In this document: in pieces, positions 24,166 through 35,939 of the stretch
How positions within the stretch are numbered: the first letter of the stretch is position 1
How the letters are laid out: the number at the start of each line of letters is the position of its first letter
Assembly (NCBI GenBank): GCA_010909165.1
Contig: MU008166.1
Coordinates: 124,001-188,000, forward strand
Reading direction: 5' to 3'
DNA length: 64,000 bases
Origin: Anthoceros angustus
Lineage: Eukaryota > Plantae > Anthocerotophyta
Translations under genes and position numbers: made by a program
The notes under the pieces: model-generated
Told to the model about the DNA's origin: nothing
Database searches by the model: none
What the model saw: only the letters and a program-made list of their open reading frames with translations

Positions 24166-26028
24166 ATGCATGCGCATAGACCTCGGTTGACCGGGATTTT
24201 TAGCATGCACGAATTGGGGACGCTGTCAGAGAGCCGTAAGCACCATGACCCCCAATGTCGCATCCCACAGAGGTGGCGATGCAAGGAGGAGTCCAACGCA
24301 GGTGGGCACTGTCTTCCCTTGATGAGCGCGCACGGCCAGTTGCTGCAGGCCCGGGCGAGCTCCATGGCGGAGCGGGTGTCCCTCACGTCCCAGCTGCAGC
24401 GAGCCTTGGTGCAGGCTCAGGCCAGGAACTCCTCCTCGGAGAATAGCCTCCCGGCCGCACCGAGCCCGGCCAGCGTCACCTTCTGGCAGCCCCAGACCCC
24501 GTCCTCGGGGCACGGGAGCCCGGGCCCTTGGCCGGATGACCACGGCCTGCCCTCGCCCGAGAGCCTGGCCGCCCTGGAGCAGCAGCTCCTGGCGGACGGG
24601 GACGGGGAGGAAGACCGGGCAGACATGCACAACCTCCTGGCCTACCAGGTGGTGCATAACGAGCTGGCGGAGATGGTGGGAAATGTTGCCTCCCAGCTGG
24701 GCCTCTCCCCCGGCACGGCCGCCCGCCCCGACGTCCAGCAGTGGCTGGTGGAGGCCGCGGCTGCTGGCTTCCCACAGGAACCCCTACCCGAGCTCCAGCA
24801 GCAGCAACAGCAGCAGCAGCAGCAGCCTTCCCCGTGCTTGTCCTCGGAGCTGTGCCTGGGGGATGTGAACGAGATGCTGCTGGAGTGCGCCAAGGCCGTG
24901 GCTGCGGAGGATGTGGACACGGCCACTGCGCTGGTGAGCAACATCCGGATTCTTGCGTCTCCGACGGGGTCGAGGTTGCAGCGGCTGCTGCACTACATGG
25001 TGGAGGCTCTGGTGGCCAGGTTGTACGGCGCGGGGGCCGATCTTTACACGACGCTCAGGAGGGATAGGTGCCATGCCGTGTTCGAGAGCCCTAAGGCGTT
25101 CGACTTCCTGCGGAGGATCCATCCTAATCCTCGCATCGCGCACTTGTACGCGAACGGCGTTATTCTGGAGGCCTTCCAGGGGGCTTCGCGGGTACATGTG
25201 ATCGACTACGGGATTTTGAACGGGCAGCAGTGGCCGAGCCTGATGCGGGCGCTGGCGGAGCGGCCGGAGGGGCCGCCGAGGTTGCGGATCACGGGGATCG
25301 ATTTTCCTCAGCCCGGGCAGAACCCCAAGAGCAAGGTGGAGGAGACGGGGAAGAAGCTGGCGGCTGTGGCGGACGCGTTAGGGATTCAGTTCGACTTTGT
25401 AGGGTTTGCGGATAAGTGGGAGAATGTGCAGATCTCAGCTCTGGAGCTGAGGATTGATGAGGTTGTGGCGGTTTGCAGCATGTTCCGGCTGCGGCATTTG
25501 TTGGATGCGTCTGTTGTGCCGTCGAACCCTAGGAGGACGGTGTTGGAGAGGATTTGTAAGATGAAGCCGAAGGTTTTTGTGATGGGGATCTCGAATGCGG
25601 CTCTCAACGTGCCTATCTTGACGGCCAGGATTCCTGAGGCTGTGGCACATTTTAACTGGTATCTGGAGGTGATGGAGTGTTCTTTGGCGGGGTTTCCTCT
25701 GGAGAGGGAGTACTTGGAGCAGCAGCTGATTGCTCGGGATATCATGAATGTGGTTGCTTGCGAGGGGTTTGAGAGGAGGGAGCGGGCGGAGAGCTACCAG
25801 CAGTGGCATCGGCGGCTGGAGAATGCCGGGTTCCAGCTGAAGCCTATTAAGGAGAGTAGGTTTGTTAGTGCCAGGGAGATGCTGCTGGAGTACCATGAGA
25901 ACTGGTCCTTGGAGAGGGACGATGGGTGGATGCTGCATGCTTGGAAAGGCAGGCCGGTGGAGGCGGTGGCGACTTGGGAGCCGGCCCCCCTCCCGGCCAA
26001 ATCGCTTAAACGGCACAGCGGGTGGTGA
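24166..26028 (+). CDS. GRAS transcription factor, LISCL/SCL14-like subfamily, intronless
   Basis: LLECAKAV, QRLLHYMVEALVARL, VHVIDYGILNGQQWPSLM, RITGIDFPQPG, NVVACEGFERRERAESYQQW, AWKGR..A.ATW. Q10 tract at 24796-24825. The start codon is uncertain. Confidence 0.95.
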   Translation: MHAHRPRLTGIFSMHELGTLSESRKHHDPQCRIPQRWRCKEESNAGGHCLPLMSAHGQLLQARASSMAERVSLTSQLQRALVQAQARNSSSENSLPAAPSPASVTFWQPQTPSSGHGSPGPWPDDHGLPSPESLAALEQQLLADGDGEEDRADMHNLLAYQVVHNELAEMVGNVASQLGLSPGTAARPDVQQWLVEAAAAGFPQEPLPELQQQQQQQQQQPSPCLSSELCLGDVNEMLLECAKAVAAEDVDTATALVSNIRILASPTGSRLQRLLHYMVEALVARLYGAGADLYTTLRRDRCHAVFESPKAFDFLRRIHPNPRIAHLYANGVILEAFQGASRVHVIDYGILNGQQWPSLMRALAERPEGPPRLRITGIDFPQPGQNPKSKVEETGKKLAAVADALGIQFDFVGFADKWENVQISALELRIDEVVAVCSMFRLRHLLDASVVPSNPRRTVLERICKMKPKVFVMGISNAALNVPILTARIPEAVAHFNWYLEVMECSLAGFPLEREYLEQQLIARDIMNVVACEGFERRERAESYQQWHRRLENAGFQLKPIKESRFVSAREMLLEYHENWSLERDDGWMLHAWKGRPVEAVATWEPAPLPAKSLKRHSGW

Positions 26029-27400
26029 TCCATCGGACGGGAGGACACGTGGGGTGTCTGTTGAAGCGAGTGCCCTGTACAGGGAATGGTAGGGAGGTTT
26101 GGGGAGAGATGGCAGGGATGGGGAGCAGTGCGCAAGGCAGGAGGTGGATTCATCCCATGGTGAGAACTCCAGATACGCTTAGGGGTTGATTACCACGTTA
26201 TTCGCTCTGTCCCATTGCCGCACCTGTCTTGTAGAGTAATGTTCATGCGCGTTGTAATTCTACGTTCACAGATCGTGTTGGACGTGGGACTTCATCGCCA
26301 TGGAGTGCCGTAAACAAGTGCGTCAGAGGAGTGGAGGTCAGGCCTGCAGCAACTTGTGCATACCTGCTGCTGTGCCTGCCATGTCAGCATGCAGCCCCTT
26401 AAGAGAAGGCGCGCAAGGCCTGCGTGCAGCGGCAGAATGTGGACTTCGCAGCTTCGGATGGGCATCTTTAATTCCTGACTTTCTTGGCTTTCTTGTTGCT
26501 GCTCCTGGAACACAGGAAGCAGTTTGCGCTGCTTCCGCTGCCTGGAGGTCCTGCAGACGCGTCATGGGCACAGGGCAGCCTGGTGGAGCGAGAGAAGCTG
26601 TCGAGAGACATTCAGGTTTGCTGCTTCTCTGCAGGATGAGGCTTCAAACATTGTACCAACTTGGGCTCTACAATTGCGAGCTCGAGATATGTATCAAAAC
26701 TGTACAGAAATCATGATATCAAAATAAGAAAATTGGCCTTCCTCAAACCCACATATGTCTCTGCCTTTTAGGAACCGGGAAACTCCCGGGGCTGGACATG
26801 TTGAGCCCCGCGCTGGGCCTTATTAGATGCGATGGCCTGCAACTCTTGCTTTACTGCGCAGCAATCCGAGTGCAATCTGAAGCCGATGAATAATTTGATC
26901 GAGCCAAAGTCGACCGTCAGCCACAGCACTGAGCCTCTAGATGCTATGGCCTGCACATCTTCCTTCCAGCACATCAAACCAGTTCCAACTTCCGCGAGCA
27001 TCTTAAGGACCCTAAATATCCAATTGTCGTACGTTGCCCACTGCTAGCCCTTGAGATCCGGGATTCCGGACTTGAACCTGGCTGAAGCCCAGATGGAGTG
27101 CCCTACATTCCCACGATCGAGTATCATGACTTACAACTTCCTCCAGCAAGAGGACCGGAGCGAATCTTGGTGTTTGACATGCTGTCTATCTGAAGTCTCG
27201 AGTCTCTAGACCATAGGCAGCCACGAACAGGTGAAATATTCCAGAGTCCAAACACAGTCTAAGAGCAATTGGAGCCTGCCGGGTATATGCCCTTTTTATA
27301 CGCCTGCACCATGTTCAACCGCAGTCCGTACCGTATAATAACCTACAAGTGGAAGGAAGTGAAAACCCTACACCTTTGATGGAGATCTATCATATTCTGC

Positions 27401-27628
27401 CACCACCTAGAATGGCCGGAGCCCTACCCTCAGCCAACACCTCAAATGAGCGGAGCCAACACCTCAAATGAGCGGAGCCCACCCGTCATCTACCACCACC
27501 TAGAATGGCCGGAGCCCTACCCTCAGCCAACACCTCAAATGAGCGGAGCCCACCCGTCATCTACCACCACCTAGAATTAGCGGAGCCCAACCATCATCTA
27601 CCACCACCTAAAATGAGCGGAGCCCCGA
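27401..27628 (-). repeat. Degenerate tandem copies of the RPS7 C-terminal codons and stop in the 3' flank
   Basis: GGGCTCCGCTCATTTTAGGTGGTGGTAG (GSAHFRWW*) is followed by about six variants. Confidence 0.9.
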
Positions 27629-28433
27629 TTAGCTTCAGCAAGTTTGTGAAGCTCATCTCTTTTCTTCCTTGCACCTCCCGACTTCTGAGAAGCCTCCAAA
27701 ATCTCGGCTGACAGACACTGATCTAAGCTCAGACTCTTCTTGGCCACACGCTGTTTCACAGCAGCATCAAGTATCCACCGCATAGCTAACGTCTCCTGCC
27801 GGTTCCTTGCAATAACGCAGGGCACCAACTGAGTGGTGCCAGCCCTCCTCACCTTCTTCACCTCACACACCGGTTTCACATTTTCCAAAGCCCTATCCAA
27901 AATGGACACCACATCACCATGCTGGGCCAAATTGGTCAGGGTCTTGTAGATGATTCCCCGTGAAGTAGCCTTCTTCCCATCCGTCATACAGATATTGACC
28001 AGCTTCCTCACCACCTGCCTCTGCCTGGCGTGCAGGTAACTCAAACTGTCTGACCGGTTGTAAGTGCCCCTACGCCCCACGAGCTTTTCATCCCTAAAAC
28101 TATACCCCGGACTCTCACCAGCCTCCGATTCTGCCAGAGCACTCTCTTCCGCGCCCCCAAGCCTCACAGTCTCGAGGGCGGAACTAACCCTATCCCTGTG
28201 GAACAGACGAGCCCAACACATAAGCCCCTGCAAGAAACCGAAGACAGAATTGTCAGCAAGCTCTCCAGCCATGCTCCACTCCATCTCCAGCTCGTTTACA
28301 ACAAATCCCATACCTGATTTGCAGCTCGGCCAGTGCCCTGCAAAGGATTCGCTACCAGACTCTCAGACAGGGAGGACGACAGAAGGCCCCAAGCCCTCTG
28401 CACAATGCCGTACGATTTGCCTCTGGCACCCAT
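27598..28433 (-). CDS. RPS7: Nucleus-encoded mitochondrial-type ribosomal protein S7 with presequence exon (28433-28314, intron 28313-28228, exon 28227-27598)
   Basis: DSLSYLHARQRQ..KLVNICMTDGKK..ENVKPVCEVKKVR.AGTT..VP..ANRGSAHFRWW matches land-plant mitochondrial Rps7. CAG|GTATGG and TTGCAG|GGG give a phase-0 intron. Exon 1 encodes MGARGKSYGIVQRAWGLLSSSLSES. Confidence 0.88.
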
Positions 28434-28667
28434 GGCTCCTTCACCGCCTCCTACGCGGGTCACCACTTCGTTCCAACCATGAACTCATCGGCATCAGCGA
28501 TCTCGTGAGGCATTCGAGGAAGCAATCTGACGAGCAGGCCTGGTGTGAACGTGTGAACTAGGTGCTAAACCCTGACCATGGGTTAGCTAAACCCTGGGGA
28601 GAGGAAACGAATACCGAACAAGGAATGGCTCACAACGGGCGGACAACGCCATGCATTCCTGGGCGCC
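28434..28667. promoter_or_regulatory. Putative 234-bp bidirectional promoter between RPS7 and YbeY-HAD
   Basis: Divergent ATGs at 28433 (minus) and 28668 (plus). Two telobox-like TAAACCCTG motifs. Confidence 0.6.
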
Positions 28668-31600
28668 ATGGCTGTTCTCGCCCGCACGGTCCCTCTTGTA
28701 CTGAGCAGATCCCTGTTTGCTCTTCCTGCCGGCCCAACAACCTTGGAGAACTGGGTTGCTGCCGTCGTGCTGCACCGCGCAATGCCAGCAGGAGTGAGGA
28801 TGGAGGTTGCTGGCAGTGTGGTGTTGACATCAGGGAGGTTGTTTATTGGCAGGATTCTAGGCCCTGGTACTCGGCCCGGCGCCATTTCGGAGAGGAGATT
28901 TTCTCCTGCAAGCTCCCTTCGATTCCGTGCCTGTAAGGATGGAGGGAGGCTGGTGGAGAACTCTCCTTCTGCATTGAAGGGGGTGTTTGGAAACCATGCT
29001 AGGGGCCGGTGCCAGGGCTTCCGATCTGGGAGTCGCTTACTTGGAGGAGCGCGGAGTCTGTGTGCCTCCACGGTACGCGACGGGGTTGTTGTGAACGTGC
29101 CAATTACGGTGGAGGAATCTACCGTGGTTGATGCCGATTTTCAGGTGTCTGGCTTGTGCTTCCCTGTGCTTTGGCTTTTCTCCTGGAGAAGGCTTTGAGT
29201 GTGAACTTAATTTGTTGAGTGCATGTGATGCTACGAGGTGTGTTCGTCCACGGTTCAAAGACTCAGATGCTCTGTTGAGCTTGGTGAATAGTGGGTAGCT
29301 TGTTTGTCTGCAGACTATACTGGAGCAGCTCGAGAAAGATGCGCCGCAGGCTGTGAAGCTGGCTGTAGATGGTATGGATGAGGCCGAGGTTGCAAAAACG
29401 ATTGAACTATCAGTTGTGATCTGCAGTGATGCTTACATACGGGAGCTGAATAGTCAGTGGCTTGGGAAAGACAGTCCCACGGACGTTCTTTCGTTTCCTC
29501 AAGCGCAGGCTCCAGGGGTTTCATCAATTGTGAGACACTTAGCTGCAGTGCCAGCATTCATGTGGTTATCCGTCTTGGTGGGATCTCGGGCGTCTGACTG
29601 TCCTCTTACTCTGGTATGCAGTGGCTGTTGGGCGATGTTGTCATATCTATTGAAACCGCGGCACGTCAGGCGAAGGAAAGGGGTCACACGCTTCTGGATG
29701 AAGTGCGCATACTTTTGGTGAGGTTCCGTTCCTGCAGCTTGTAGCCAGCCTTGAGATTGTGCTTCGGTCCCTTCGTGTTACTAAGACGTGCTATCCTTGT
29801 CAGGTGCACGGTCTGCTGCATGTTCTGGGTTATGATCATGAGGAAGGACCTCAAGAGGCTCAAGACATGGAGGATGAGGAGAAGCACATTCTCAACACTC
29901 TCGGCTGGCAAGGGGATGGGTTGATCAACTTCTCTCTTCAGGCTGCTAACAATGATGATGGTGGCACGGAGAAATCCCCTACTAGTGCGTCAACACCTCA
30001 AGGTCAAGACAGTGCATACACGGTTGCATCTTTCATTCTTTCTGGCATGCCACACAGCGTCGAAAGGACTTTGCAGAGAGTTTCTGTTAGTGTCAGCATT
30101 TCCTGATGGAATGGAAGGTTGGCGTTGCTAGTCACAGAGCATGCTGGCCGGTGAGGTCCATCATTTGAATTGCAGATACCGAATATACTAAGGGAGGCCA
30201 ACCGGGTGCAAGACAAAGGAGTCCCCCTTTCAAACTGTTATTTTGTGACATGGATGGTAAGCGGACAGCACATGGTGGAGGGCTCCTTGAGAGTGTGGTG
30301 AAGCTTCCTTGGTATCGAGTATTGTGCAGTACTGTTCTTGATGACCTGCATCTATATTGGTAGGGACACTGCTCAATAGTCAAAGCAAAGTCACCAAGCG
30401 AACTGCAGATGCCGTCAGGGCAGCTATTGCAGCTGGAGTCCAGGTCGTGATTGCCACTGGAAAGGTAGGGACCTTAGTCCTTCATATGTGGGCAGCTAAA
30501 CTGGTGATAATCAAGTCGGTGGGAAACACTTTCATCTGCCATTAGCTAGAGAAAACAAGTGTATGCCATGGTACTGATCGGAGATAACTATTTGTTTGAA
30601 TACAGGCTAGACCAGCAGCAATAGCAGCATTGGACGCCGTGGGCCTAGCCCACAATGGTGGTGCGATTTCTCTATCCACTCCAGGGGTGTTTCTACAGGT
30701 CTGTGGGCCCTGCGTTTGCTCGTTGCTTCTGACTTGGAGCTCTAGAAGTTCGCACGCTTCTGATTCATCTCTATACATCCAGGGCTTGCTGGTCTATGGA
30801 CAAGGCGGCTCGCTGGTTGAAAGGAAGCTTCTTTCCTCTGACATCTGCTCCGAGGCAAGCATTTCCATAACTCTGTGGTGGCAGTGAGTTTTGTGGTATT
30901 GAGTTTGACCTTGCGATGCTCTGTAGGCGTTCGCCTTCTCTTTGAAGCATGGCACGCCCTTGGTTGGCTTCACCGGTGATCAGTGTGTAACTCTTTTCGA
31001 GCACCCGAACTTGGATATGCTCCACACCGTGTTTTATGAACCCAAGGTAGAGAGACTGGTCGAGCTTGGTGACCTGGGATGTTTGCATTGCTTGATGATT
31101 GTAGATGTTTCTCAATTCTTAACTGAACTGTGCAGGCTCAAGTTATGCCCTCTATTGAGCATATTGTAACAACAGTCCCAATTCAGGCATGTCTACGGCT
31201 ACCCAGCTTTGAGCATCCACTCCTCTGTTGTATCTGCATTCATGGTCTAAATTATTGTCCCCCGGCTGGGTGCAGAAATTGCTGTTCTGTGACTCGAAAG
31301 CCTCAGTAGCCGAGTTTTTGCGACCTCATTGGTCCTCAGCTACTAGGGGTCGAGCTACCGTGGTGCAAGCTGTGCCTGAAATGCTAGAAATACTACCGCC
31401 AGGTGCATCAAAAGGCTCTGGGGTGCAGCTTCTGTTGGATCACCTACGCATTCCCCCAGAAGAGGTAAAAGTCATCTCGTATGCAATGAGACATGGCTCT
31501 TGCCGTGCTGGCATGTAGTGTACTTGCCACTACTGACATGCATTTTTCTCAGACTATGGCTATAGGAGACGGGGAGAACGATCGTGAGATGTTGCAACTA

Positions 31601-31720
31601 GTTGGTTTGGGGGTTGCCATGGCGAATGGGGCTGCAGAGACGCTTGCTGTGGCCGACGCGCAAGTGGGTAGCAACGACGATGATGGAGTGGCTGAGGCTA
31701 TTCAGAGATACATACTATGA
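28668..31720 (+). CDS. YbeY: Organelle-targeted YbeY endoribonuclease fused to a Cof-type HAD hydrolase, multi-exon
   Basis: Transit-peptide-like N-terminus. ELSVVICSDAYIRELNSQWLGKDSPTDVLSFPQ, HGLLHVLGYDH, FCDMDGTLLNS, VIATGK, AIGDGENDREML, NDDDGVAEAI. Confidence 0.93.
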
Positions 31721-33258
31721 CGGCGTTGTGAGGAGTCCTTGGGGCAGATTCACCCTTGCGACTTCCCCAAACGCTCACAACATCCACAATATTCGCACTT
31801 GAAAATTGGCCAAGCCTAAGCCTACAATATCCATACGTAGTGAAGTAGGAACCAAAACATGTTGAAGCGTGAACCAAAGCAGAACCTTCCCTTACTGTAA
31901 TTTCAGAAGTGGAACCCACATACCATAATACGACACATCAAATTGGCAGGTAACTACACAAGTGAAACCCATATACCATGGCACCAGCTGCTTAGGTTAA
32001 ACTCAATGGCCAGGATTGCCAGTGTCCGGGATTTTCACCATAACCTTATGCTAAGGATAAGGAAACGAGTGATGGAGGCACGTCCTTGCTTAGCCTAGTG
32101 ACCAGAATAGTTGATCATGATACGTGTAAATGTAAAGGCTTCATCGCCATCAGCAAGTTGAAGGACATTTTCATGTGTGCCCTTGCCTCATTTACAGGCT
32201 GTTGTCACGAGAGCAAGCCATCATCTTGGGCCTGTCTTGTGTGTCGTGTGACTGGAACATGTTGTACACCAATTGCAAAGATTTGTGACACTAGTTGTGT
32301 TTTGAGCATTCTGCTGGAGGTCAGGCCTCACGGCTAGACTGTGCTTTCCTTGCTCCTGCACACTAGTACGAGTTGTTCAACGTGTTGTCATTTGTGTAAA
32401 GGCTGCCCAATATTTGTAGTCAATGTGAAGTGAAAGAAAGTTTTTCTAAAGTGTAGCATGAGTTCATGAATGTATGTCATTCGTAACATTCATGGGTAGG
32501 CGTATGTACTCATCTGTTTGTGTGTAGCCCCGGAGGAGGCGGACCCCCAACGTAGATCCTCATCCTACAGAACCCACATACTATGATATGACATAAAATT
32601 AGCAGGGCCTTCCCTTACCGTAACTATATTACTACGAAAAGACGACTCCGGATAAGAGTCTAGCCTTGTACTCCATATGCCCTATATATCTAAGTGACCA
32701 TACTCCCCCTCCTGGTTATACTGAGGATTTAGACGTACAAGCAACAACTCATGACTTTGATAATAGCTCCCTAAATACTGTAAAGCAGAATGAGGAAAAA
32801 TGGGGATCCCCCAAATGCTCGACCTATACACAAATGTCTCTGACACGATCAACTCAATCTTAAGTCAACAACTATACATAGGCTGAACGTCACGAATTCT
32901 AGACGTCTTCCATTTATTCAAATATGAAACTTGAACACACAACATGCTGAAGCGAAAAAAAGATGTTGTAGAAGGCTAGCCTTAAGTAGCTAGACTTGAC
33001 AAGCAGTGATGGTCTTCAAAGGCAAAGCACGGATTGAACTTGTAAATACTTCTCACTTACACAATCAATGAGGGGGTCTCCGTCTTATGCACAGTATGCT
33101 GGACTTCCTCCCCCTTTTGTGGCTTTCACCAGCATCCTCCACCTGCACAGCCATTCATCACCATGAGCTAGGAAGCTCCCCAGCATGATAGCAAATGTCC
33201 TCACTAGCTTTACTTCCTCGCCATTTAAGATGGTCAAGTCACCTACACCATCTTCAAC

Positions 33259-33699
33259 CTAAGGAGTTGAAGGCTTCAACTCTTGTGCACTTATGGACAA
33301 GTTGTCTTCCACACTCTTGACACGCCACCCTTTCGTATTTGATATGTACTTGAAGCTCCTCCATACATCTGGGGTGTTATCACAATCAGTTATCCATCCA
33401 ATAGGAGATAACTTTTTCAGGAGTGTTTGCCAATGGAGATATAAGTTGGTACCAATTGTTGAACTCCTGGATCTTCCAGTGACACAAAGTTCAACGACTC
33501 GGAGGAAAGCTTGCAGCTTGGCACGACAACTCGGCCTCCTCTCATCGAATGCAATCCCATCTAGCTTCAAGGACTCTACCCTAGCTGATACTTGATGAAG
33601 CCATACCACCCTTCGTGACAACTTACCTAATGTCGATTCAAAGGCATTGGCATGTGTGAGCAACGCAAACGCCCTACTCTGGACCTCAAAGTCTTCCAA
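33259..33699 (-). mobile_element. Degenerate Ty3/Gypsy RNase H relic
   Basis: FEVQ..THANAFESTLG..VESLKLD..ERR..KKLSP..YISNTKG..VEDNLS aligns loosely with FEVHTDASDFAIG..FESRKL..ERR..KKLSP..YKPG..VADALS. Confidence 0.5.
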
Positions 33700-34111
33700 G
33701 TCTTTGAGGTGTGTGATAGAATTCTATCATGCGCCAATTATTGTGTCTCTCACAGTATGACAGTCTCACTTCTCTTCTACTTGTGGGGCGTCACAAGGCC
33801 ATTGCATCATACAGCGGCCAGAAATCCTAGCGTCGTCATGCTGACACACTTGGACACAGGTAAGTAGGGATTGAACAAACACTTATCTTGCCATAACATA
33901 GCTATATTACCTACTTATACTCCCTTATCGTAACTATATGATCTAAAATATAGGAACAATATATATTCCCTTACCATAATTACGTTACCTATCATAACAA
34001 TATTATCTACAGTCTCTTGCCATGACTATCCGACCTACTTACATTGAGGAATGATTCTCCATACAAGAGGAACCCACATCTATACAAGAGCAAGTGTTAG
34101 ACAATCATACA

Positions 34112-34296
34112 GTCGAAGGTTAATGCAAGGCTCTCCACATACTCCAATGGGGTGAAGTTCTAGGGTGAAACTTGTCGAAGGTTAATGCAAGGCTCTCCAC
34201 ATACTCCAATGGGGTGAAGTTCTAGGGTGAAACTTGTCGAGGTTAATGCAAGGCTCTCCACATACTCCAATGGGGTGAAGTTCTAGGGTGAAACTT
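34112..34296. repeat. 62-bp tandem repeat x3
   Basis: GTCGAAGGTTAATGCAAGGCTCTCCACATACTCCAATGGGGTGAAGTTCTAGGGTGAAACTT. Confidence 0.95.
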
Positions 34297-34313
34297 TTAC
34301 TCTATCATACATT

Positions 34314-34535
34314 CATACAAGCATCTGACATTTGGCATGAGACAGTCAGGCATATGGGTATATGGAAGAGCAACATACATACGGTCATACAAGCATCTGA
34401 CATTTGGCATGAGACAGTCAGGCATATGGGTATATGGAAGAGCAACATACATACGGTCATACAAGCATCTGACATTTGGCATGAGACAGTCAGGCATATG
34501 GGTATATGGAAGAGCAACATACATACAGTCATACA
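34314..34535. repeat. 72-bp tandem repeat x3
   Basis: CATACAAGCATCTGACATTTGGCATGAGACAG... in near-identical copies. Confidence 0.95.
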
Positions 34536-35095
34536 ACACATAGCCCTAGCGGAATCTAGGGTACAATGTGTGTACGAAGCTCAAGGTTGGGATGTGCAGA
34601 CTCATGTTCCGAGAACCGTTCCTCAGGCTTACAAGATGGCATTTTGTAAACAATAACTAGAATTTGCAAACAGTAACTAGTATTTGCAAATAGTAACTAG
34701 CACGGTGGAGAGTGTGCTGTAAGTGCACACACTTAACACACGCTTAGGCAATGCTCAATACAAAAAAACATGGTGGGCATGATTTAAACCTGCGCGGGCG
34801 AACACATGATTTCTAGTCATGCCTGATAACCAACAACAACAACTTTATTTTTGTCCACTAAGGATGGAAGGACCATCTTGGAACAGAGATAGTACAACAT
34901 AACGTACATATACGAATGTCTAAACTAAAGAGACCGAGGCTGTTTGAGATGAAAAAAAAGGAGGGAAAACTACAAGAATAAAAAAAGAAGTCAAAATCTA
35001 TAAAAAGTCCAATTGGGTCTACGATAATCAAGAACCTCAAAGAGACATAGACCAATAAGCTTACGTTTATAAAGGAAAAGAATCTGCGCAAGAAA

Positions 35096-35229
35096 ACCAG
35101 CACACTCAAAGAAGAATGTATCAAGCCCGAATAGAAGCATAGGTAGGACAATAGAAAAGGACACCAGCACACTCAAAGAAGAATGTATCAAGCCCGAATA
35201 GAAGCATAGGTAGGACAATAGAAAAGGAC
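35096..35229. repeat. 67-bp tandem duplication
   Basis: ACCAGCACACTCAAAGAAGAATGTATCAAGCCCG... twice. Confidence 0.95.
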
Positions 35230-35939
35230 GTGCGATTCAGTGTGCAAGGAGCATAGCTTGCAAATATGAATGCAAATATGAGCAACTTAAAGGCTTGAGA
35301 AGGCTTAGGCCAGATTGGGAGGTGATTGGGAGCTCCGAATCATGCCCGATATCTACGCCGGCGCTACCACTGTATGCCTGTCAGCGCCGAATAAACATAT
35401 AATACAGTTTTGAGCTACTCAACTTACCACAAGCGGTTTGGTATTACTTGTCCATGCTGCCGCGTTTCACAGCCGGACTTCGTTTGAAACTGGGGATGGA
35501 GACGACACGTAGATCTTCACTTCCACTTAATGGAAGCTGTCCCCATGGACAGTGAAAGAATCATGTACATCTGTAGCTCTTTGTCGTGCAAAATTGGCAA
35601 TTAGGACACTATTCCAAACGTTCTCCTCCCGACCAAGCTGGGATGCACACTCCAGCCTGGTATGTACTTGCTGACAGTCTGCGATGAGGATCACATCCAT
35701 GGCCTTCGATCCTCAAGCCAAGTCAGACGACTGGTTAGTTTGGGTTACACTCTCCGTCCTGCTTGTCTCTATGATTGCTGCTCTTGAAGTCCTCTGAGCC
35801 CAGAAGGATTGAATTTCCTCGGAGGTTTCGGTGTCGAGGCCATCGACCTTCAACCAGTTTTCCATCTGTACACTCCTCTCTGTGGGGCGGGAATTCGTAA
35901 CTATTCACGCGCACGCAAGGGCTCATACTGAAGATAGCA

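Noticed and set aside
24226-26153. Many overlapping antisense and alternate-frame ORFs in the GRAS and ankyrin genes
   Set aside because: These are shadow ORFs expected from high GC and codon bias.
27060-27120. tRNA/SINE-like GGTTCAAGTCC (B box) on the minus strand
   Set aside because: No A box, cloverleaf or poly-T/A tail is recognisable.
28228-28311. ORF-track N-terminus MGFVVNELEMEW... of RPS7
   Set aside because: It lies within a GT-AG intron; the upstream exon from 28433 gives a better presequence.
34288-34656. ORF with repeated SDIWHETVRHMG resembling the Copia GAG-pre-integrase LWHxRLGH motif
   Set aside because: It arises from a 72-bp tandem repeat, with no flanking Copia motifs.
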